Positions 1 through 8,420 of a DNA stretch of 64,000 bases are shown one piece after another (within the stretch, counting starts at the first letter, position 1; every line of letters starts with the position of its first letter). The DNA is taken from NCBI GenBank assembly GCA_017632855.1, contig JAGBQM010000009.1:7082-71081 (forward strand), given 5' to 3'. The DNA is from Aeriscardovia sp. (lineage in GTDB: Bacteria > Actinomycetota > Actinomycetes > Actinomycetales > Bifidobacteriaceae). Under the pieces are notes generated by a model, which did no database searches, was not told the DNA's origin, and saw nothing but the letters and a program-made list of their open reading frames with translations. The position numbers and the translations under genes are program-made.

Positions 1-1059
1 ATGAAGATAGACGTTCTTGAAAAGACTATAGAGGATCTGGCCTCTAAGAAAATCCCGGTGCTGGGAGTGGTGGGAGTGGTGGGCACCACCGAAGAAGGCG
101 CAATAGACCATATCGACAAGATTTGCTCCCTTCGCAAGAGTTTTGCAAAGAAAGGAATCAATTTCTACCTGCACGCCGATTGCGCTTACGGAGGGTACGC
201 GAGGTCTATAATCCTCGATTCCAATTACGACGTCATTCCCTACGCCGATCTCGAGCACGAGCTCAGGGAAAACCAAGTCTTTCAGGATCTGAGCAATACC
301 ATTTCCAAAGACGACTACGAATCCCTCAAGGCTCTGTCGGAAGTGGATTCCATAACGGTAGATCCCCACAAGATGGGTTACGTTCCGTATTCCGCAGGGG
401 GGATAGTCATAAGGGACGAAAGGATGAGAAATGCGATTTCCTATTTCGCCTCTTACGTTTTCGACAAAACCATTGAGCCGCCCGTTCAAATCGGGCCCTA
501 TATACTTGAGGGATCAAAAGCCGGAGCGGCGGCTTCCGCGGTATGGGCTGCTCACAGGGTGCTTCCGCTAAACATCACGGGGTACGGAAAAGTCATAGGC
601 AGGTCTATGGAAGGCGCCAGGAACTTCTACAAGTTCATGACAGGCCTTGAAGTGGAAGTGGCAGGCAAAAAGGTAAAGTCCCACACCATTTACTACCCTG
701 ACTTCAATATGGTTGACTGGGTGTTTAACGTGGAGGGAAATACCGATCTGGAGGCCATGAATAAACTCAACCAGAATTTCTTCATTCAGAGCTCCATTTA
801 CTCCGGAATACCTTACCTTAAACCCATCCTGACCAGCCACACCGACTTTGCCAAAGAGGAATACGGAGACAGCTGCCTTGACTTCATAAGGAAGATCGGC
901 ATCACTTCCCCGTGGGAGCCCTCTTCGCACCTTACCACTTTGAGGGCGTCGGCAATGAATTTGATGATGTATGACGCACAGTCTTTTGCTTCCTATGAAG
1001 TGAAACTCAGGGAAGCCATAAAGGAAGTGCTCAAGCCCTGCTTTGAGGATGAAAAGTAG
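1..1059 (+). CDS. tdc: PLP-dependent group II aromatic amino-acid decarboxylase, tyrosine-decarboxylase (TyrDC) type; C-terminal 352 aa, 5' end outside the window
   Basis: ORF is open to the window edge. It has the PLP-lysine context DPHKMGYVPYSAGG, then YILEGSKAGAAASAVWAAHRVLPLN and SHTDF. From memory these blocks resemble Enterococcus/Lactobacillus TyrDC. The stop lies 3 nt before the tyrS ATG. Confidence 0.75.
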   Translation: MKIDVLEKTIEDLASKKIPVLGVVGVVGTTEEGAIDHIDKICSLRKSFAKKGINFYLHADCAYGGYARSIILDSNYDVIPYADLEHELRENQVFQDLSNTISKDDYESLKALSEVDSITVDPHKMGYVPYSAGGIVIRDERMRNAISYFASYVFDKTIEPPVQIGPYILEGSKAGAAASAVWAAHRVLPLNITGYGKVIGRSMEGARNFYKFMTGLEVEVAGKKVKSHTIYYPDFNMVDWVFNVEGNTDLEAMNKLNQNFFIQSSIYSGIPYLKPILTSHTDFAKEEYGDSCLDFIRKIGITSPWEPSSHLTTLRASAMNLMMYDAQSFASYEVKLREAIKEVLKPCFEDEK

Positions 1060-1062
1060 AAG

Positions 1063-2307
1063 ATGGATATTCTGCAAGATTTGCAATGGCGCGGCCTGAT
1101 AAACCAGCAGACCGATCCGGAAGGGTTGAAAAACGCCCTGGAGAAAGGCAAGCTTTCCCTTTACTGCGGCACCGATCCTACGGGGCCTTCCCTGCATATA
1201 GGCCATCTCATCCCCTTCATCGTCCTTAAAAGGTTCCAAATGTACGGCTACCATCCCCTGATACTCATAGGAGGAGCCACGGGAGCCATAGGCGACCCCA
1301 GCGGAAGAAGCACCGAGAGGGTGCTTCAAAGCGTGGAACAGGTAGAAGAGAACAAGAAAAGCCTGACGGCGCAAATGAAGAAGATCTTCGGGCCCGAGTT
1401 CAAGATAGTGGACAATTATTCATGGCTGTCGAAACTCAACCTTATAGACTTTCTGCGCGATTTTGGAAAAAATTTTTCCGTAAATTCCATGCTGAACAAA
1501 GAAAGCGTTTCTTCCAGAATAGAAGGAGGAATTTCGTTTACCGAGTTCAGCTACCAGATCCTGCAGGCTATAGACTTTCTCCATCTTTTTGAAGATGAAA
1601 AGGTGACCCTTCAGATTGGAGGGGCCGACCAGTGGGGGAACCTCACTGACGGAATAGACCTTATACGCCACAAGTACTCCAAAGCGGAAGTTTTCGGGCT
1701 TACCATTCCCCTCCTTCTCAAAGCTGACGGAACGAAGTTCGGAAAGTCGGCGGGGGGAGCCGTATGGCTTGATCCCAAGATGACAAGCCCTTACGACTTT
1801 TACCAATTCTGGATCAATACGGATGACAGGGATGCAGACAAGTACCTGAAGTACTTCACCTTCCTTTCCAAAGAAGAAATTGAGAAGCTGGCGAAGGAAA
1901 CCGAAGAAAGGCCCAACCTCAGGCTCGCTCAAAAGGCCCTGGCATACGAAGTGACGGCCTTCGTGCACGGAAAACAGGAAGCCGAAAAGGCTCAGAAAAT
2001 TTCATCCCTCCTCTTTAAGGGAGATGTGGCCGCGTTAAGCGCAGACGAAATAGAGCAGGCTTTCGGCTCCGCCCCTTCGGTTTCCATAAGCGCGGATCCC
2101 AAAAATATCGTGGACCTGCTTGTAGATACCGGAATCGAAAAGAGCAGAAGGCAGGCCAGGGAGGACATTCTCTCAAGGGCCGTCTTAATCAACGGGAAGG
2201 TCGTAGACTCTCCGGAAGCCTTGGTGGATCCCTCTTGCGACTTTGAAGGACGCTTCGTCCTGATTCGCAAAGGAAAGAAAAACTACACCCTGGCCAGGGT
2301 AGATTGA
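1063..2307 (+). CDS. tyrS: tyrosyl-tRNA synthetase
   Basis: 414 aa with a HIGH-type motif (SLHIGHL), a KMSKS-type motif (KFGKS) and a C-terminal S4-like domain (RRQAREDILSRAVLINGKVV). Confidence 0.95.
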   Translation: MDILQDLQWRGLINQQTDPEGLKNALEKGKLSLYCGTDPTGPSLHIGHLIPFIVLKRFQMYGYHPLILIGGATGAIGDPSGRSTERVLQSVEQVEENKKSLTAQMKKIFGPEFKIVDNYSWLSKLNLIDFLRDFGKNFSVNSMLNKESVSSRIEGGISFTEFSYQILQAIDFLHLFEDEKVTLQIGGADQWGNLTDGIDLIRHKYSKAEVFGLTIPLLLKADGTKFGKSAGGAVWLDPKMTSPYDFYQFWINTDDRDADKYLKYFTFLSKEEIEKLAKETEERPNLRLAQKALAYEVTAFVHGKQEAEKAQKISSLLFKGDVAALSADEIEQAFGSAPSVSISADPKNIVDLLVDTGIEKSRRQAREDILSRAVLINGKVVDSPEALVDPSCDFEGRFVLIRKGKKNYTLARVD

Positions 2308-2873
2308 TGGTACCCCTCGTAGTGCTAAGCGGTCCTACGGCGGTAGGCAAAGGAACAGTGGAAAAAGCCCTCTTAAAAGAGCATCCGGAGATTTGGGTGA
2401 GCATATCGGCCACTACAAGATCTCCCAGGGCGGGAGAAAAAGACGGGCGCGACTACTGGTTTCTCTCCGAAGAAGAATTTTTAAAGCGGGAAAAGCAGGG
2501 GCGTTTTTTGGAGACGGCGCTCGTGCACGGAATGGCCCATTACGGAACGCCCCTGCAGCCCGTTTTAGATCACATCCACAGGCAAATCCCCACTCTTCTC
2601 GAAATTGATATTCAGGGCGCCAGAAGCGTGGCCAGAAGGGCGAAAGATCTTGGAATCGGTCTGTTTTCGGTCTTCCTCGCCCCTCCAAGCTTCGATTCTC
2701 TCGTCTACAGGTTGAATCTGAGAGATACCGAAAGCCCCGAACAAAAAGCCAGAAGGCTTGAGACGGCCAGAGAAGAAATGTCGCACGAGGGGGAATTTGA
2801 TGCCGTGATAGTAAACGACGAAGTGGAAAGAGCCGCTTCTTCCCTTTGGGATATTATGAAAGATCTGTATTAA
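2307..2873 (+). CDS. gmk: guanylate kinase
   Basis: P-loop [10 protein letters not shown] and typical Gmk core. The ATG at 2307 overlaps the tyrS TGA (TGATG). The ORF-track start at 2304 is a TTG one codon upstream. Confidence 0.9.
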   Translation: MVPLVVLSGPTAVGKGTVEKALLKEHPEIWVSISATTRSPRAGEKDGRDYWFLSEEEFLKREKQGRFLETALVHGMAHYGTPLQPVLDHIHRQIPTLLEIDIQGARSVARRAKDLGIGLFSVFLAPPSFDSLVYRLNLRDTESPEQKARRLETAREEMSHEGEFDAVIVNDEVERAASSLWDIMKDLY

Positions 2874-2890
2874 GCAAGAAAGGAACTCCA

Positions 2891-3340
2891 ATGACGCTCG
2901 GCACATCCCCGCAACCCGAAGGCCTCACCAAGCCTCCGCTTCACGAGCTTATGAACCATGCGGATTCAAAATACGCCCTTCTGATATTTGGGGCAAAAAG
3001 GGCCAAGCAGATAAATGACTACTTCCTCCAGATTAAGGAAGGCCTATTAAACAACGTAGGGCCCCTCGTGCCTTACGTTAATAACGAGCAACCTCTGAGC
3101 ATCGCCTTCAGGGAGATAAACGAGGGGCTTATCGAAGGAAAACTGGGTTCCGAAGACAATACCGAATCCCACGCCGGCTCCAAGGTGATAAGCGATTCAA
3201 TCTCCCTTTCCGCAGAAGATCTCGTGGGTTCCGACAACGGGGAAGACGACATAGACGACGAAGAAGAGGAGAGGGAAGAAGAAAGGGAAGAAGAGGGAAG
3301 CGAAGACGAAGAAGAGGGGGAGGAAGATATTGACGAATAG
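2891..3340 (+). CDS. rpoZ: DNA-directed RNA polymerase subunit omega with a long acidic C-terminal extension
   Basis: Sits after gmk as in Actinomycetota. The N-terminal ~90 aa are omega-like ([20 protein letters not shown]). I chose the ATG at 2891, downstream of the gmk stop. The last ~60 aa are D/E-rich, ending [31 protein letters not shown]. Confidence 0.8.
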   Translation: MTLGTSPQPEGLTKPPLHELMNHADSKYALLIFGAKRAKQINDYFLQIKEGLLNNVGPLVPYVNNEQPLSIAFREINEGLIEGKLGSEDNTESHAGSKVISDSISLSAEDLVGSDNGEDDIDDEEEEREEEREEEGSEDEEEGEEDIDE

Positions 3341-4511
3341 CCTCCACCCCTTAAGCGCCGAGTCCGTAACGGAAGGCCATCCGGACAAGCTGTGCGACAA
3401 AATTTCCGACAGCGTTTTAGACGATCTTTTAAGACAGGACCCTTCCAGCCATGTGGCAGTGGAAACCGTGGCCTGCAAAGGAATGTTTATGGTTTGCGGC
3501 GAAGTGAATTCCAGTGGCTACTGCGATGTGCAAAAGGTAGTCAGAAACGCCGTAAAGGAAGTGGGATACACTGATTCCTCCATAGGCCTTGACTGGCAAA
3601 GCTGCGGAGTTATGGTTTCCATCACTTCCCAAAGCCCCGAAATTGACGAAAGCGTGAGGAGGAGCGGAGGGGAAGAAGAGCAGGGGGCCGGAGACCAGGG
3701 CGTGGTCTTCGGATTCGCGTGCGACGAAACCAAAGTTTTGATGCCTTTGCCCATCACTTTGGCAAACCGGATAACCATGCGGCTTGCAGATCTCAGAAAG
3801 CAGGGGGTTTTCCCTTCCCTTAGGCCTGACGGAAAGGCGCAGGTTACGGTAGATTACGAAGGCTTTAAACCAAAAAGAATCAACACCGTCCTTATTTCCG
3901 CCCAGCACGATCCCGAAATCGATCTTGAAGATTTGGGGCAAAACGTAAAAGAGGAAGTGGTTATGCCCATATTGGCTGAGTGGGCTCCTGATATAGACGC
4001 CTCTTCTTTCAACTTTATTTTTAACCCTTCCGGATCTTTCGTTCTGGGAGGCCCCGCCGCCGATACGGGACTGACGGGCCGCAAGATCATAGTTGACGCC
4101 TATGGGAATGCGGGAAGGAGCGGCGGAGGAGCTTTTTCAGGCAAAGATCCCTCCAAGGTCGACAGATCCGGAGCTTACGCGGCCAGATGGGTAGCTAAAA
4201 ACCTTGTGGCATCCGGAGCCGTAAAGAGGGCGGAAGTTCAGATAGCCTACGCCATAGGAAGGGCCGATCCCGTGGCGCTAGACATCGAGACTTTTGGCAC
4301 CCAGGCCCCCGGCCTCACCTGCGAACGCATAGTAGAAGCCGTAAGGGAAACTTTCGATCTCAGGCCCGGAGTCATAATAAGGGATCTGGATCTTTTAAGG
4401 CCCATTTATTCTCCCACGTCCTCCTACGGCCATTTCGGAAGGGAAGAAGCTCTATTTACATGGGAAAGGACCGACAGGGCTTCCAAATTAAGAAACCTGC
4501 TCTTGGGCTAA
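3330..4511 (+). CDS. metK: S-adenosylmethionine synthetase
   Basis: Motifs [20 protein letters not shown] and [12 protein letters not shown] start preceded by GGAGGA. Overlaps the rpoZ stop by 11 nt. Confidence 0.95.
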   Translation: MTNSLHPLSAESVTEGHPDKLCDKISDSVLDDLLRQDPSSHVAVETVACKGMFMVCGEVNSSGYCDVQKVVRNAVKEVGYTDSSIGLDWQSCGVMVSITSQSPEIDESVRRSGGEEEQGAGDQGVVFGFACDETKVLMPLPITLANRITMRLADLRKQGVFPSLRPDGKAQVTVDYEGFKPKRINTVLISAQHDPEIDLEDLGQNVKEEVVMPILAEWAPDIDASSFNFIFNPSGSFVLGGPAADTGLTGRKIIVDAYGNAGRSGGGAFSGKDPSKVDRSGAYAARWVAKNLVASGAVKRAEVQIAYAIGRADPVALDIETFGTQAPGLTCERIVEAVRETFDLRPGVIIRDLDLLRPIYSPTSSYGHFGREEALFTWERTDRASKLRNLLLG

Positions 4512-6386
4512 ATGAGCGAAGATTTCCTTGCGGCCAGCGTCCTTCCTTTCAGGCCGTCCCCTTCACCTTATCCCGCCCTTGACTACCGCGTCCCCTTTTC
4601 CCTTTCTTCAGAAGTTGAAAAAGGGAAAAGGGTGGGCATTCACGTTAAAGGGCGAAAGATGGAAGGGCTTGTCCTTAACCTTTTCCCGCTAAAAGAAAGC
4701 AAGATTAAAAACCTCAAACCTCTGGATTCGGTCTTTTCTTCCCCTGCTTTGCAAGAACGGCAGATGGAGGACCTTAAAAGCGTATCCGACTTTTTCGGAG
4801 GCAGGCTCGCAAACACTTTGGATCTGGCCCTGCCCGAGAGGGTGAAGTATGTAGAAAGCGAGGTACGCCAGGATCGGGAATGGAGCGCACAAAACGAAAA
4901 CTCCCTTTCAGAGCTTTCAAACAGGCTTTTAAGCCGCTACTCTGGCCTTTCCGATCTCAGCCGAGCCCTCTCAAATTTTGAAGATCGAAACTTCGTGTGG
5001 GATTTGGCGCAGAAGCGGGGAGGCCTTTTCGATTGCCTTGCCCTTCTGGGACTGCTTTCCAAAAAGCTGGGCTATTCCTTCCTCGCCTGCCTCTCTTCCG
5101 ATCGCCTCTTCGAGGAAGCAAAAAAAGCGTTTTTAAGCTGCGGCTTGGATCCCGTTTTTGTAGGTTCCGGCATGGGAAAGGCTCAAAATTACCGCTCCTT
5201 TCTTTCCTGTTGCAGAGGCAAATCCCTTGCGATGGGAACCAGGCAGGCAATGTACCTTCCCATGAAAGATCCCTGCCTCATGGTAGACGTAAATGCCATA
5301 GGCCAGGCCTTTACTGATGGAATGGCTCCATATGCCAATGTCAGAGACGTGCTGAGTATAAGGCATGAAAACAGGGGAGGGATTAGAATTTCCATGTCTT
5401 ACTGCCATGCGGCGGAACAGGAAAAGTGGCTGAGGGAAAAAAAGGCCTTGCATATTTTTCCCTCTTCTCCCCCTCGCATTAGGCCCCTTTGCCTGAGCCG
5501 CGACAGGCTCTTTGAGATGGGCGATCGCTTTCTCCACCTTCCAAGCCTCCTCGTGGAAGAACTGAGAAAAAACGGAAAAGAGGGCAAAAAATCTCTTTTA
5601 GTTTGCCCGGCGGGAAGCGACACCTCGTTTTTACTTTGTCCAAGATGCTCAGCCTTTATGAAGTGCCAATGCACAGGGAGTTTGAAGTCGAAAGGCAGGG
5701 AAATCTTCTGCTCAAGGTGCCATGCAAGGAAGGAAGAGTGGATATGCCCCAAGTGCGGGGCCAAAGTGCCTTCAGACAAGCTGATTCCCCTTAAGAGGGG
5801 GGTTGAACACGTAAAAGAAGAACTCAAAGGCCTTTTGAAGGAAGAAGAGCTGAAAAACGTCGAGGTATCTTTGGCTTCCTGCATCAAACAAAAACCGTAT
5901 TCTTTGGTAGCTATTTTGGATGCCTGGCTGTCTTTTTTCTCCCTTAACTTGGATGCGGAATCCAAAGTCCTAAATTCATGGATGGAAGCTGCAAGCCTGG
6001 CATCTGAAAAGGTAATTCTGATAGGGGAGTGCCAAAAGGAGCTTCTTTGCTCCTTTGAAAGATGGAACTATGTTTTTCCTTCATGGGACTTGGAAGAAAA
6101 AAAGAAGGCGGGAATGCCTCCTTTTAGAACCGCCCTCAACATATGGGGCGAGGAAGAGAAAGTGAAGAAGGCCGCAGAGGAAATTTTAAGGTTCCTAAAC
6201 GCTCCTGAAGGCGAAGCCGAAGTCATGGGCCGGCCGCTTCCGGGTTCCGATGAATTTTTATGCGTCCTTTTCGTTTCCCCGCCTTTTGACAAGGATCTTG
6301 GCAAAGCCGTGGCTTTTGTTTCAAACTCCTCTGCCGGCCTTCGAACTCATTTTTGGATTGATCCTTATTGCTTCGGTTGCAGATAG
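4512..6386 (+). CDS. priA: primosomal protein N' (PriA)-like, helicase motifs degenerate
   Basis: Lies between metK and fmt. N-terminal domain resembles the PriA 3'-DNA-binding domain. Cys-rich zinc-ribbon cluster CPRCSAFMKCQC...CSRC...CPKCG. I cannot find a GxGKT Walker A or a DExH box. Confidence 0.7.
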   Translation: MSEDFLAASVLPFRPSPSPYPALDYRVPFSLSSEVEKGKRVGIHVKGRKMEGLVLNLFPLKESKIKNLKPLDSVFSSPALQERQMEDLKSVSDFFGGRLANTLDLALPERVKYVESEVRQDREWSAQNENSLSELSNRLLSRYSGLSDLSRALSNFEDRNFVWDLAQKRGGLFDCLALLGLLSKKLGYSFLACLSSDRLFEEAKKAFLSCGLDPVFVGSGMGKAQNYRSFLSCCRGKSLAMGTRQAMYLPMKDPCLMVDVNAIGQAFTDGMAPYANVRDVLSIRHENRGGIRISMSYCHAAEQEKWLREKKALHIFPSSPPRIRPLCLSRDRLFEMGDRFLHLPSLLVEELRKNGKEGKKSLLVCPAGSDTSFLLCPRCSAFMKCQCTGSLKSKGREIFCSRCHARKEEWICPKCGAKVPSDKLIPLKRGVEHVKEELKGLLKEEELKNVEVSLASCIKQKPYSLVAILDAWLSFFSLNLDAESKVLNSWMEAASLASEKVILIGECQKELLCSFERWNYVFPSWDLEEKKKAGMPPFRTALNIWGEEEKVKKAAEEILRFLNAPEGEAEVMGRPLPGSDEFLCVLFVSPPFDKDLGKAVAFVSNSSAGLRTHFWIDPYCFGCR

Positions 6387-6401
6387 TGGATAATTGAATA
6401 A

Positions 6402-7061
6402 GTGAAAAATAATGACACTGGCGAAAAAATCCAAAACGTCATTTTTGATTTCGGCAACGTTTTGGTTAGGTGGGACATATACGGAGCTTTAATAAGCAGA
6501 TATACGCCTGAGCTTATAAACCAATTCCGCCTCAACGAGCTTTCCGGTTTTGAGGATGCCAACGTATTGTGCGATCTGGGGGAACCCCTGCAAAAAGCTG
6601 TAGAGCTGATAAGAAACGAACACGGCGGGATATGGGCGGAGATGATGGAGTGGTACATCTCGCATTTTCCCGACTCCATCCTTGGCGAAATCCCCGGATC
6701 CAGGCAGCTGGTCTGCGATCTGAAAGAGGCCGGAATCAGGGTCTTCGGCCTTTCAAACTGGTCATCGGATCTTTTTGAGAGGGCGCTGCCGCTCTTTCCG
6801 GAAGTGATATTCATGATGGAAGACAGGGTGGTGTCGGGCTATATCCACCAAAGAAAGCCTGACAAGAATATTTACGACACGGCCATTTCCAAATTCAAAG
6901 TCGATCCCTCCCTTACGGCTTTCATAGACGACAGGCCGGAAAATGTGGAAGCGGCTCTCAAAGTCGGGCTAAAGGCCATACAGTTTAAAAGCCCTTGCCA
7001 AATAAGGAGGTCCCTTAGAGAGCTGGGGGCCGCAATTCCGGCCCTCAAAGGGGAAGAATAA
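6402..7061 (+). CDS. HAD-superfamily hydrolase (subfamily IA-like)
   Basis: Motif I-like VIFDFGNVLV at the N-terminus and FIDDRPENV near the C-terminus. GTG start. Confidence 0.75.
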   Translation: MKNNDTGEKIQNVIFDFGNVLVRWDIYGALISRYTPELINQFRLNELSGFEDANVLCDLGEPLQKAVELIRNEHGGIWAEMMEWYISHFPDSILGEIPGSRQLVCDLKEAGIRVFGLSNWSSDLFERALPLFPEVIFMMEDRVVSGYIHQRKPDKNIYDTAISKFKVDPSLTAFIDDRPENVEAALKVGLKAIQFKSPCQIRRSLRELGAAIPALKGEE

Positions 7062-7078
7062 GGGGGATAAGGGGATAG

Positions 7079-8008
7079 ATGAGGACTGTTTTTGCCGGAT
7101 CCACTCTTCAGGCGGCCGAATGCCTGGAAGAAATTGCTAAAGAGCAGGATGTTTGCCTGGTTTTGACGCGCCCTGACGCGCCTCGGGGAAGGGGGAGGAA
7201 GCAGGCGCCGAATCCTGTAAAGGAAAAGGCAAAGGAGCTTGGAATTGAAGTTTTTGACTCCAAGCCCTCCGATCCGGACTTTAGCGAAAAGTTGAAAGAG
7301 AAAAAAGCGGAATGCGGAGCCGTAGTGGCTTACGGGCGCCTCATTTCCCCCGAGCTCCTTTCCCTTTTGGACAAGGGGTGGTACAACCTGCATTTTTCCC
7401 TTCTTCCTTATTTTCGGGGCTCTAACCCCGTGGCAGCCTGCATATCGGATCGCTATGCCCATTGCGGAGTCACTGTTTTTAAGCTTACAAAAGGCCTTGA
7501 CGAGGGGCCATGGCTCCTAAAGGTCCCTTATTTCCCCCCTTCCCCCCTTACTTGCGGAGAACTTACCAAAGAGCTTACCGAAATTGGAAAAAAAGCTTTG
7601 GCCATGGCTCTAAAAGAAGTTGAAGAAGGCAAAGAACAGCTCAGGGCCCAGGAAGATGAGCCCGATTTGAGGTACGCGGGGAAAATAGACAAGCCCACAG
7701 CCCGTATAGACTTTTCCCTCCCCAGAGAGGAAGTCTTTTACAAAGTTTTAGCCTGCAACCCCAATCCCATGGCGTGGGACGAGGCTGAGATTGGGGAAAA
7801 AACCGCTTATGTGAAGTTCGACAGGCTCGGCATGGGTTCGGCCTTGCCCCCGTCGCAACCGGGTTCCATAAAGCGTTTTAACGGAAAGGCCTTCGTTTGC
7901 TGCAAAGACGGATGGCTGGAACTTTCAGAAATAACCCCCGCTTCCAAAAAGAAGATGAGCGGGGAAACTTGGCTGAGAGGAATTAGAGGAGAGGTCAAAT
8001 TCCTTTAA
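7079..8008 (+). CDS. fmt: methionyl-tRNA formyltransferase
   Basis: 309 aa with TRPDAPRGRGRK, NLHFSLLPYFRG and a C-terminal Fmt domain. Conserved position after priA. Confidence 0.9.
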   Translation: MRTVFAGSTLQAAECLEEIAKEQDVCLVLTRPDAPRGRGRKQAPNPVKEKAKELGIEVFDSKPSDPDFSEKLKEKKAECGAVVAYGRLISPELLSLLDKGWYNLHFSLLPYFRGSNPVAACISDRYAHCGVTVFKLTKGLDEGPWLLKVPYFPPSPLTCGELTKELTEIGKKALAMALKEVEEGKEQLRAQEDEPDLRYAGKIDKPTARIDFSLPREEVFYKVLACNPNPMAWDEAEIGEKTAYVKFDRLGMGSALPPSQPGSIKRFNGKAFVCCKDGWLELSEITPASKKKMSGETWLRGIRGEVKFL

Positions 8009-8045
8009 CCTCTCCTCTCAAATTAAAATAGAGGGCCTTAAGCCC
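7986..8045. terminator. convergent (bidirectional) terminator region between fmt and hup
   Basis: Perfect 10-bp stem GAGGAGAGGT (7986-7995) / ACCTCTCCTC (8008-8017) with a 12-nt loop enclosing the fmt stop. A second small hairpin GGGC-CTTAA-GCCC (8033-8045) is followed on the minus strand by a T-rich tract. Confidence 0.5.
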
Positions 8046-8052
8046 AATAAAT

Positions 8053-8343
8053 TTACTTGCCCTGTACGGCGTCCTTGAGGGTCTTTCCGGGAGTAATCTT
8101 CAAAACTTCCCTTGCGGGAATTTCCATAGCCTCTCCGGTCTGCGGATTGCGTCCGCTTCTGGCCGCCCTAACTACCCTTTCGAGGCTGAAGTAACCAGCC
8201 AGACGCACGTCAACGCCTTTTTTCGCGCATTCGAGGAGGGTGTCCAAAAAGGCGTCTACGGCCTTTTTCGCTTCTTCGCGAGAGAGGCCGGCCTTTTCGG
8301 CCACGCTGGCCGTTATCTCGGTTTTCCCGTAGTACTTGTCCAT
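8053..8343 (-). CDS. hup: HU/IHF-family nucleoid-associated DNA-binding protein
   Basis: 96 aa with the HU signature RNPQTGEAMEIPA and typical N-terminal helices. Confidence 0.9.
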   Translation of the reverse strand: MDKYYGKTEITASVAEKAGLSREEAKKAVDAFLDTLLECAKKGVDVRLAGYFSLERVVRAARSGRNPQTGEAMEIPAREVLKITPGKTLKDAVQGK

Positions 8344-8374
8344 TTGTCTTCCTTTACTTTCAAAGTTCGACTTT

Positions 8375-8405
8375 CATAAACATAATAAACATAATAAACA
8401 TAATT
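8375..8405. repeat. tandem 9-nt repeat (CATAATAAA, about 3 copies) in the hup upstream region
   Basis: Plus strand reads cataaa cataataaa cataataaa cataatt. Located 32-62 nt upstream of the hup ATG (8343) on the minus strand. Confidence 0.8.
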
Positions 8406-8414
8406 CGGATAAAA

Positions 8415-8420
8415 ATTATA
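8415..8420 (-). promoter_or_regulatory. candidate -10 box (TATAAT) for hup
   Basis: Palindromic ATTATAAT at 8415-8422 gives TATAAT on the minus strand, about 72 nt upstream of the hup ATG. It overlaps the stop of the upstream gene. AAAGGAAG SD lies before the ATG. Confidence 0.35.

Noticed and set aside
1060-1062. T-box leaders upstream of tyrS, alaS and serS
   Set aside because: tyrS starts 3 nt after the previous stop and alaS 11 nt after the previous gene. The 131-nt serS upstream region shows no specifier-loop or T-box-like sequence that I can see. No room or signal for T-box riboswitches.
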